Part shown: piece after piece, positions 53,683 to 64,000 of the stretch
Layout: every line of letters starts with the position of its first letter
Position numbering within the stretch: position 1 is the first letter of the stretch
DNA from: Antedon mediterranea
Lineage: Eukaryota > Animalia > Echinodermata
DNA length: 64,000 nt
Reading direction: 5' to 3'
Assembly (NCBI RefSeq): GCF_964355755.1
Contig: NC_092671.1
Span: 27,354,070 to 27,418,069 of the forward strand
Notes under the pieces: model-generated
The model's database searches: none
Told to the model about the DNA's origin: nothing
The model's input: only the letters and a program-made list of their open reading frames with translations
Position numbers and translations under genes: made by a program

Positions 53683-53923
53683 ATCAAAATGAAATGGGGC
53701 AGATACAGCTTGTTTTACTTAGTTATACTCATTATAGGTTTTGATGCATTGTTTATGGAATAATTGTTTTTTTTACTGTAGGTGTCTGAACACCTTTCAT
53801 TGTTTTAAATAATAAGGCCATGTACATGTATTGTACGCCCTTCAAAAAGCTAACCTTAATTCAAAGGATAGCACAACTAATAATTTAAATTCATCACTTT
53901 CAATAATCAAACCTAAATGAATA

Positions 53924-56900
53924 AATTTCAAATTTTTTTTTCTCATAAATTGTCTCCCTATATAGTTCTAGTTGTGTTCTATCAATATTAATTGTTTTGA
54001 AGGAGGTTTGCGCAGCTTTTTTTGTTCTTTGCGCTGTGAAATCAGTAATTTTCCCAAAAATTGAAGTTTTTCACCCAAAAAAAGGCAAACTTAAAGGAAT
54101 TTCAAATTTGTTTTCCCATAACTTGTCTCCCTATATCTAGTTGTGTTTTAATCAATATTAATTGATTTAAAAAAGGTTTGCGCAGCTTTTTTTTTTTTTG
54201 GGCTGTGAAATCTGTAATTTTCCCCAAAAATTGAAGTTTTTCACCAAAAAAAAAGGGCAAACTTAAAGGAATTTCAAATTTGTTTCCCCATAAATTTTCT
54301 CCCTATATAGGTCTAGTTGTGTTTTAATCAAAATTAATTGATTTAAAGGAGGTTTGGGCAGCTTTTTTTGTTGTTTGCGCTGTGAAATCAGTAATTTTCC
54401 CAAAAATTGAAGTTTTTCACCCAAAAAAAAGGCAAACTTAAAGGAATTTCAAATTTGTTTCCCCATAAATTGTCTCCCTATAGGTCTAGTTGTGTTTTAA
54501 TCAATATTAATTGATTTAAAGGAGGTTTGCGCAGCTTTTTGTTGTTGTTTGCGCTGTGAAATCAGTAATTTTCCCAAAAATTGAAGTTTTTCACCCAAAA
54601 AAAGGCAAACTTAAAGGAATTTCAAATTTTTTTTCTCATAAATTGTCTCCCTATATAGTTCTAGTTGTGTTCTATCAATATTAATTGTTTTGAAAGAGGT
54701 TTGCGCAGCTTTTTGTTGTTTGCGCTGTGAAATCAGTAATTTTCCCAAAAATTGAAGTTTTTCACCCAAAAAAAGGCAAACTTAAAGGAATTTCAAATTT
54801 TTTTTCTCATAAATTGTCTCCCTATATAGTTCTAGTTGTGTTCTATCAATATTAATTGTTTTGAAGGAGGTTTGCGCAGCTTTTTTTGTTCTTTGCGCTG
54901 TGAAATCAGTAATTTTCCCAAAAATTGAAGTTTTTCACCCAAAAAAAGGCAAATTTAAAGGAATTTCAAATTTGTTTTCCCATAACTTGTCTCCCTATAT
55001 AGGTCTAGTTGTGTTTTAATCAATATTAATTGATTTAAAAAAGGTTTGCGCAGCTTTTTTTTTTTTTGCGGTGTGAAATCAGTAATTTTCCCAAAAATTG
55101 AAGTTTTTCACCTAAAAAAAAGGCAAACTTAAAGGAATTTCAAATTTGTTTCCCCATAAATTGTCTCCCTATATAGGTCTAGTTGTGTTTTAATCAATAT
55201 TAATTGATTTAAAGGAGGTTTGCGCAGCCTTTTGTTGTTGTTTGCGCTGTGAAATCAGTAATTTTCCCAAAAATTGAAGTTTTTCACCCAAAAAAAAGGC
55301 AAACTTGAAGGAATTTCAAATTTGTTTCCCCATAAATTGTCTCCCTATATAGGTCTCGTTGTGTTTTAATCAATATTAATTGATTTAAAGGAGGTTTGCG
55401 CAGCCTTTTGTTGTTGTTTGCGCTGTGAAATCAGTAATTTTCCCAAAAATTGAAGTATTTCACCCAAAAAAAGGCAAACTTAAAGGAATTTCAAATTTGT
55501 TTTCCCATAACTTGTCTCCCTATATAGGTCTAGTTGTGTTTTAATCAATATTAATTGATTTAAAAAAGGTTTGGGCAGCTTTTGTTGTTTGCGCTGTGAA
55601 ATCAGTAATTTTCCCAAAAATTGAAGTTTTTCACCCAAAAAAAGGCAAACTTAAAGGAATTTCAAATTTTTTTTCTCATAAATTGTCTCCCTATATAGTT
55701 CTAGTTGTGTTCTATCAATATTAATTGTTTTGAAGGAGGTTTGCGCAGCTTTTTTTGTTCTTTGCGCTGTGAAATCAGTAATTTTCCCAAAAATTGAAGT
55801 TTTTCACCCAAAAAAAGGCAAACTTAAAGGAATTTCAAATTTTTTTTCCCATAACTTGTCTCCCTATATAGGTCTAGTTGTGTTTTAATCAATATTAATT
55901 GATTTAAAGGAGGTTTGCGCAGCCTTTTGTTGTTGTTTGCGCTGTGAAATCAGTAATTTTCCCAAAAATTGAAGTTTTTCACCCAAAAAAAAGGCAAACT
56001 TAAAGGAATTTCAAATTTGTTTCCCCATAAATTGTCTCCCTATATAGGTCTAGTTGTGTTTTAATCAATATTAATTGATTTAAAGGAGGTTTGCGCAGCT
56101 TTTTTTGTTCTTTGCGTTGTGAAATCAGTAATTTTCCCAAAAATTAAAGTTTTTCACCCAAAAAAAGGCAAACTTAAAGGATTTTCAAATTTTTTTTCTC
56201 ATAAATTGTCTCCCTATATAGTTCTAGTTGTGTTCTATCAATATTAATTGTTTTGAAGGAGGTTTGCGCAGCTTTTTTTGTTCTTTGCGCTGTGAAATCA
56301 GTAATTTTCCCAAAAATTGAAGTTTTTCACCCAAAAAAAGGCAAACTTAAAGGAATTTCAAATTTTTTTTCCCATAACTTGTCTCCCTATATAGGTCTAG
56401 TTGTGTTTTAATCAATATTAATTGATTTAAAGGAGGTTTGCGCAGCCTTTTGTTGTTGTTTGCGCTGTGAAATCAGTAATTTTCCCAAAAATTGAAGTTT
56501 TTCACCCAAAAAAAAGGCAAACTTGAAGGAATTTCAAATTTGTTTCCCCATAAATTGTCTCCCTATATAGGTCTAGTTGTGTTTTAATCAATATTAATTG
56601 ATTTAAAGGAGGTTTGCGCAGCCTTTTGTTGTTGTTTGCGCTGTGAAATCAGTAATTTTCCCAAAAATTGAAGTTTTTCACCCAAAAAAAGGCAAACTTA
56701 AAGGAATTTCAAATTTTTTTTCTCATAAATTGTCTCCCTATATAGTTCTAGTTGTGTTTTAATCAATATTAATTGATTTAAAAAAGGTTTGCGCAGCTTT
56801 TTTTGTTCTTTGCGCTGTGAAATCAGTAATTTTCCCAAAAATTGAAGTTTTTCACCCAAAAAAAGGCAAACTTAAAGGAATTTCAAATTTGTTTTCCCAT

Positions 56901-59108
56901 AACTTGTCTCCCTATATAGGTCTAGTTGTGTTTTAATCAATATTAATTGATTTAAAAAAGGTTTGCGCAGCTTTTTTTTTTTTTGCGCTGTGAAATCAGT
57001 AATTTTCCCAAAAATTGAAGTTTTTCACCCAAAAAAAGGCAAACTTAAAGGAATTTCAAATTTGTTTTCCCATAACTTGTCTCCCTATATAGGTCTAGTT
57101 GTGTTTTAATCAATATTAATTGATTTAAAAAAGGTTTGCGCAGCTTTTTTTTTTTTTTGCGCTGTGAAATCAGTAATTTTCCCAAAAATTGAAGTTTTTC
57201 ACCCAAAAAAAAGGCAAACTTAAAGGAATTTCAAATTTGTTTCCCCATAAATTGTCTCCCTATATAGGTCTAGTTGTGTTTTAATCAATATTAATTGATT
57301 TAAAGGAGGTTTGCGCAGCCTTTTGTTGTTGTTTGCGCTTTGAAATCAGTAATTTTCCCAAAAATTGAAGTTTTTCACCCAAAAAAAGGCAAACTTAAAG
57401 GAATTTAAAATTTTTTTTCTCATAAATTGTCTCCCTATATAGTTCTAGTTGTGTTCTATCAATATTAATTGTTTTGAAGGAGGTTTGCGCAGCTTTTTTT
57501 GTTCTTTGCGCTGTGAAATCAGTAATTTTCCCAAAAATTGAAGTTTTTCACCCAAAAAAAGGCAAACTTAAAGGAATTTCAAATTTTTTTTCTCATAAAT
57601 TGTCTCCCTATATAGTTTTAGTTGTGTTCTATCAATATTAATTGTTTTGAAGGAGGTTTGCGCAGCTTTTTTTGTTCTTTGCGCTGTGAAATCAGTAATT
57701 TTCCCAAAAATTGAAGTTTTTCACCCAAAAAAAGGCAAACTTAAAGGAATTTCAAATTTGTTTTCCAATAACTTGTCTCCCTATATAGGTCTAGTTGTGT
57801 TTTAATCAATATTAATTGATTTAAAAAAGGTTTGCGCAGCTTTTTTTGTTCTTTGCGCTGTGAAATCAGTAATTTTCCCAAAAATTGAAGTTTTTCACCC
57901 AAAAAAAGGCAAACTTAAAGGAATTTCAAATTTGTTTTCCCATAACTTGTCTCCCTATATAGGTCTAGTTGTGTTTTAATCAATATTAATTGATTTAAAA
58001 AAGGTTTGCGCAGCTTTTTTTTTTTTTTGCGCTGTGAAATCAGTAATTTTCCCAAAAATTGAAGTTTTTCACCCAAAAAAAAGGCAAACTTAAAGGAATT
58101 TCAAATTTGTTTCCCCATAAATTGTCTCCCTATATAGGTCTAGTTGTGTTTTAATCAATATTAATTGATTTAAAGGAGGTTTGCGCAGCCTTTTGTTGTT
58201 GTTTGCGCTGTGAAATCAGTAATTTTCCCAAAAATTGAAGTTTTTCACCCAAAAAAAGGCAAACTTAAAGGAATTTCAAATTTTTTTTCTCATATATTGT
58301 CTCCCTATATAGTTCTAGTTGTGTTCTATCAATATTAATTGTTTTGAAAGAGGTTTGCGCAGCTTTTTGTTGTTGTTTGCGCTGTGAAATCAGTAATTTT
58401 CCCAAAAATTGAAGTTTTTCACCCAAAAAAAGGCAAACTTAAAGGAATTTCAAATTTTTTTTCTCATAAATTGTCTCCCTATATAGGTCTAGTTGTGTTT
58501 TAATCAATATTAATTGATTTAAAAAAGGTTTGCGCAGCTTTTTTTTTTTTTTGCGCTGTGAAATCAGTAATTTTCCCAAAAATTGAAGTTTTTCACCCAA
58601 AAAAAAGGCAAACTTAAAGGAATTTCAAATTTGTTTCCCCATAAATTGTCTCCCTATATAGGTCTAGTTGTGTTTTAATCAATATTAATTGATTTAAAGG
58701 AGTTTTGCGCAGCCTTTTGTTGTTGTTTGCGCTGTGAAATCAGTAATTTTCCCAAAAATTGAAGTTTTTCACCCAAAAAAAAGGCAAACTTAAAGGAATT
58801 TCAAATTTGTTTCCCCATAAATTGTCTCCCTATATAGGTCTAGTTGTGTTTTAATCAATATTAATTGATTTAAAGGAGGTTTGCGCAGCCTTTTGTTGTT
58901 GTTTGCGCTGTGAAATCAGTAATTTTCCCAAAAATTGAAGTTTTTCACCCAAAAAAAGGCAAACTTAAAGGAATTTCAAATTTTTTTTCTCATAAATTGT
59001 CTCCCTATATAGTTCTAGTTGTGTTCTAATCAATAATAATTGTTTTGAAGGAGGTTTGCGCAGCTTTTTTTGTTGTTTGCGCAGTGTTTGCGCAGTTTAG
59101 CAATACCC
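53924..59108 (-). repeat. Right TIR arm: ~174-bp tandem unit, ~30 copies, inverted relative to the left arm
   Basis: Units are reverse complements of the 41218-44867 unit (GCGCTGTGAAATCAGTAATTTTCCC...). Confidence 0.95.
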
Positions 59109-59178
59109 GTTATCCACTGATAATACATTAAAAAAAAAAATGATGATCCCATACAATAACAAGGAGTTATCCGCCAAG

Positions 59179-59637
59179 CATTAGTGTACAGCCCCATTAG
59201 AGAATGTGTTTTTGAAAAACTTCGGGTAAATGTCACTTAACCTCCTACTGTGACATGTGTTTATATAAGGGGCCGTTTACGAACAGCAAGTATCCGGATA
59301 ACTTGTCATCTTTTGATAACTAGAAGTCTGTAAACGGTAGGGAGAATTTTGATTTAGCCTTGTCAGGAGAGACCTCTGGCGTATCCAGATACTTTAAATG
59401 TTCATAAACACAACCTAAGTCCAACTTTGATAGGCAGGTCGTTAAGCCTTCTGCTAGTTTTTGCCTGACCATTGACCTTGCATACTGAAGAATGTACCTT
59501 GTCCTAATCAATCAATTACAAGAGAGCTAATAAAATCACAGGGGTATAATAGGATTCAGGTCATTAATCACCTGCTTAGTTTATTTATCTGATAAGGATT
59601 TTGACCAAAAAGTTCTAATGGGGATGTACACCTAATG
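59179..59637. mobile_element. MITE with CA..TG termini and 2-bp TSD (EnSpm-like)
   Basis: AG|CATTAGTGTACAGCCCCATTAGA ... TCTAATGGGGATGTACACCTAATG|AG. Confidence 0.7.
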
Positions 59638-59689
59638 AGTGTGGATAACTAAGCGGATAACTAAAAAAAATGATGATCCCATACAATAA

Positions 59690-60640
59690 GGATCTTGGCT
59701 TTATTAACATATTGGAGCTTATCAGTTCCCAAGTGTATGTCAACGTGTGAAGGTTGGGTAGAACTGAAACACGCCTTAAGGGCTTGACATTTTTTGGGGT
59801 TAAGCACTAAACAATTGTTGTTACACCAGCGGAAAAAAAAATTAAGATCATCTTGTAAAAAAAACCAGGCAATGAGAGTCAGTTTTTTGCAGGTGTCTAA
59901 CTCTATCTGCATTAAATTTTACTTTAGCTTTAAAGATTTCCCTCTTGACTTTGTTTCTGCAAGCTTTCCAATGGGTTAAGTTATTGGATTTCAACGCTTT
60001 TTGGCGTTCAGAAATAGAATTTCTGATATTTTGTGTTAGCCAAGGTTTATCAGTATTGTGCGTTTTAATATTTTTTAACGGGAAAAACTTATTAATAGCA
60101 GTGATCAGTTTGTAATAGAAAGCATCAACTTTACTCTGTGTAGAAATGCAGCTATAAATATCATTCCAATTCTGAGATACAATCCAGGTGCCAAATGATC
60201 TTATTCTGGTATCATATAAGGGACGAACACTTATAGATTTGACAACATTTTTGATAGCTTGAACTTTAGGTTTCCATAAAATACAGATGTGGTCACTAAA
60301 ACCAATAGGAGACATCGCTTCCGGGGTATGGTATTTAGTTTCAAAATTAGTCAAGATGAGGTCTAATGTAGCAAGTTCACGGGTTGGAAAATTAACAATT
60401 TGTTTTAAACAGTTATTACGTAAAATGTAGTTAATGTTCATTCTGTTGAAATCGCCCATAATGCAAAAACCAGTCTCAGTGATCTAGAACGAATAAGGTC
60501 AATCGTTTCACAAATATGCCGCTCAAGAAGAAGTTGATATGGGGAGTCTGTTGTGTACTTGAACACCTTGCTGCATATGCTACAATGCCAATTAACATTG
60601 ATATGTCTCTTGTCGATCTTAGTATTGTATTGGTAGCCAT
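59690..60640 (-). mobile_element. Deleted LINE remnant (endonuclease + RT tail)
   Basis: GDFN, FPTR..TLDLILTN, GFSDH, DKPWLT; then LQDDLN..WC..N.LVLNPKKC. Confidence 0.8.
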
Positions 60641-60692
60641 CACTATCAAATAAACATAGCCTGTCAAAGAAATTAAACTAATTACATAGGCC

Positions 60693-63142
60693 TGTTAGAT
60701 TATGAGTAGCCATAATCTCGACTTGGAAGCTGGTAACCTCCAGGTATCTATGTGCTGACTGTAATTCTGAACTATGTCAACTTCTCTATGGTTTCTAGAA
60801 ACGGTTGGTCCCTCGGGCTTTGGACACCAAATAATATCATCATGGTTACTACAGTATTAGGAGCATCGGTTTGGGTTGCTTTAGTGCACTTCTTAGCATT
60901 TATGGATTTAACCACCCTATGTCTAAGGACTTTTTCACTCTCTGGGTAATATACCAAATAGGCGGGGCTTCCCTTGTCGTACCCTACAAATATCCCTTTC
61001 TTACATCGATCCTCTAATTTTGTTTTATTCTCTTTATAGGCATAGCATTCGCTTCCAAAATTCAATCATATTAGCTACATTAGGGACTTTGCCTGTCAAA
61101 CTAAAATACGGCGTTTGTTTAGTTTTGTTATTGTAGCACCTATTTCTGATATGCGCTGCACACATAACAGCATACGGCCATATTGTTTTCGGTAACTTGG
61201 AATGCGTTAACAAGCATCTGCCCATCTCGAATAGGGTGCGCCATTGGCGCTCGGCAGTGCCATTTTGATGCGGCGAGTAAGGTGCTGAGGTTTGATGTCT
61301 TATTTTATTTTTAGTCAGGAGTGACTTAAACTCCCTCGATACAAATTCAGATCCATTGTCTGATCTGAGGGTTTTAATATTCCCAAAGGGAGCAGAATCG
61401 GCTAGAAATTTTTCCATTGCCTTAATGGCGTCACTTTTTGCCTTTAGGAAATATACAAACGCTGCGCCCGTAAAGTCATCGGTAAAGCACATTGCATACC
61501 TAAACCCTTTAGATGAAGTTTGTTGGATTGGGCCAGCTAAGTCACTGTGTACTAGATCTAATGGTGCCAATGCGCGGGCATCAGCCTGCCTATTCCTAGT
61601 TTTTACCATCTTTCCTAACATACAAACTTCACAATTTATGTTAGTACTCACGTCTCCTTCGATTTTCATCCCTCCTACAACATTTTGTAATTTTATAATA
61701 TCATCTTTGTTACAATGGCCAAGAATATTGTGCCATTCATGTATTTCACGTGCAACACTTATTACAGTACTATTGTTAACATTACAAATGTTCATGTAAT
61801 ATAGTTGACCTTCCATTGTGATGTTGAATCTGGTTCCATCCCTATGAAACAATTCCGCTGTTGTTGGCTTGAAATTCACCGTTGCCCCATTTTTGGTTGC
61901 AGATCGTACCGATAATATATCCTGTGTGTAGGATGGTACACACAATGCATTCCGTAAAATTGTTTCGCAGATTCTACCTTGATCATCAATGAGATAAATC
62001 TTTGCATCTCCTCGTTTCGTTGCAATGTTAGTATATTTCTTGCCATCTGCCAATTCCATTGTATGTGCTTCCGGTTTGAAGCCTCTTTCAAACTTGATGA
62101 ACTTTGATTCATCTATAATAATGACGCACCTGTATCCACTAACAGTCCATGCTTATTAATATCGGTGATGGTTGGTTCATTCATTTTGAATGCGAACGTG
62201 TGGTTCTCATCATCACTTGTATCATTTGTCGATTTTGCATAATCGTTCTTCCTTCTACATTCACGCGTATTGTGTGTTGACGTTTTACATGTTAGTTTGT
62301 TGCTTTATGTCCAGGCTTTTTACATTCGTAGCAGATTAGTTGTTTAATTGGATGAGTTTTCATGATGGAGTCGTTAACGTTGGTACTCACCATTTTGCTG
62401 GTCTTTAAATTCTCTTCATAATTTTTGAGAGAGGTCTTAAATTCTGATAATGTTGGCTGATTTTCTTTTTGTGTTATCACTGTGTTTAGCGTATCATACT
62501 CTTCTGGTAGTCCTTTCAGTACCATTGACATTAGCAGTGAGTCACTGAGAACTTCCCCTGCTGTTTTTAACGACACTCCAATCGTTTCTGCTCGAATTAC
62601 ATAATCGGTGGTAGTCTCAATTGCTTTCATCTTTAAAGAACATAATTGTGAGTACATTGTTATTACTCTCGGTTTTCCTCTACCTAGGTAATGTTCACGA
62701 AGGATCGTTAGCTCTTTACGCCCATCATCTTTAGCATCACGAATAATCAGTGATAGCGACCTTTCATCTAGACATTGAACAAGCTCCGCAAAAGCATTTG
62801 CATTCTTGTTTGCATCAGGAGAATTTTCATCTCCTGGATTTATTACACCATGCAACTTCTGTAGACGCATATATCCTAAAAACTTAACTTCCCAGAGTTC
62901 ATACTGGGACTCATCGCCGTTGAATAATATTCTTCTGGGCCCATAACCTGTTAGATTATGAGTAGCCATAATCTCGACTTGGAAGCAAACAACAACGGAT
63001 AAAAATAAGATATAACTCAACAGTGTTACATGAGAACTTGAACTACAGTTTATTCAGAACTTGTATTATAATATATGTACAGTACAATTAAATGTGATTG
63101 GTCAGTTAATAATCAGAAAAGAGGTGGGCATTCCACCTATCA
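60693..63142 (-). mobile_element. Ty1/copia retrotransposon lacking RT/RNase H; 5' LTR ~62949-63142, 3' LTR remnant 60693-60730
   Basis: Gag with CYECKKPGH knuckle; protease LLVDTGA; WHNILGH..CEVC; integrase HSDLAGP/LRSDNGSEF/QNGTAER; GKGIFVGY-like GIFVGYD motif; PBS GGTTATGGGCCCAG; 38-bp LTR end duplicated. Confidence 0.9.
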
Positions 63143-63390
63143 TAGTACATTAAATGATTATCGTCCTGTTGCTCTAACCCAAATTATTACAAAGTGCTTT
63201 GAGAGGCTATTTAAAGATGTATTGATTAAAGAAACGTTGCCTTTTGTTGATAATAATCAGTTTGCATACTGTAGTAGAGGTGTCGACGATGCAATAACTA
63301 CCCTCTTGCAATGCATCCAATCTATGAAACTTTGGACAAACCTAGGCAATATGTAAGGACGTTATTTTTAGATTTTTCTACGGCTTTCAA
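63143..63390 (+). mobile_element. Rex1/Babar-type LINE RT N-terminal fragment
   Basis: LNDYRPVALTQIITKCFERL, QFAY, GVDDAI, YVRTLFLDFSTAFN. Confidence 0.8.
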
Positions 63391-63739
63391 TAGAGAGAAA
63401 TGGCGAACCGCGATGACGTCACTCAAATTTCACCGAGTGGGTATAGATTGTAAACAAACCATTTCGCCACATGTTTTTGTATGGGAAATTCCGATGGGTT
63501 GAGTTAAAAAAGTAGGTAGAAAAGAACGTTTAAAACACACATAATAGCAGTATCTTTTTTTTTTTGCAACCCCTTAACAATTTTAATGTTATATGGGCAA
63601 ATCTTAACATATTTTATTTTAATTTGGATTGAATTAAGACGCGTTTTTGTTATATACTGTACCCAGCTCTAGGCCCTAGATAGTTGGCCTGTATATGCTG
63701 TAGTACCTCGAGTACTCGAGCCTAGCACGGATTATCGGT

Positions 63740-63830
63740 TATAATAATAATAATAATAATAATCATAATAATAATAATAATAATAATATTGGAAATTCGT
63801 TATTGCATACTGTACTACTACTACTACTAC
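63740..63830 (+). repeat. (AAT)n and (ACT)n microsatellites
   Basis: Directly visible runs at 63740-63787 and 63813-63830. Confidence 0.9.
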
Positions 63831-64000
63831 TTTAGCTAGGGTGCTGCTACTTTAGCTAGGGTGCTGCTAAGCCTCTCCTAGCTAGGTAGTAAGACTAAAA
63901 TAGAGCATCTCTAGTAGATGTAGGCCTAGCATTAGTTTCAGCTTGACAACTGCCATTTTGTTATGTGGCTAGTGATGCTTCCTTCCTGCAGGGGGCTATC

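Larger units (their letters stand above)
41218..59108 (-). mobile_element. 17.9-kb Mutator-like (MULE) foldback transposon with satellite TIRs
   Basis: GGGTATTGCTAAACTGCGCAAAC... at 41218; exact reverse complement ends at 59108; 9-bp TSD GTTATCCAC at 41209-41217 and 59109-59117; internal MULE transposase. Confidence 0.93.

Overview
AT-rich eukaryotic DNA, probably an invertebrate animal (inferred from intron style and TE families), dense in transposable elements. Bases 1-10.8 kb hold seven 3' coding exons of a USP37-like deubiquitinase (+ strand) with three UIMs and the His box. A 21x103-bp satellite, a LINE and MITEs lie in its introns. Bases 11-41 kb are nested TE debris: MITEs, Helitron/Helentron derivatives, LINE pieces, a probable solo LTR, a Gmr1-type Gypsy remnant and a spliced RAG1-core/Transib-like transposase pseudogene. 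The dominant feature is a 17.9-kb Mutator-type foldback element (41218-59108) with a perfect 9-bp target-site duplication (TSD; GTTATCCAC). Its terminal inverted repeats are two opposed satellite arrays (about 21 and 30 copies of a ~174-bp unit). They enclose a minus-strand, multi-exon gene encoding an OTU-like cysteine-protease domain upstream of a MULE DDE transposase, and this copy carries disabling lesions. The element sits in a stack of Helentron-like termini. The window ends with a LINE remnant, an internally deleted copia element and a Rex/Babar RT fragment. All calls come from reading the sequence and recalled family motifs; no database searches were run.
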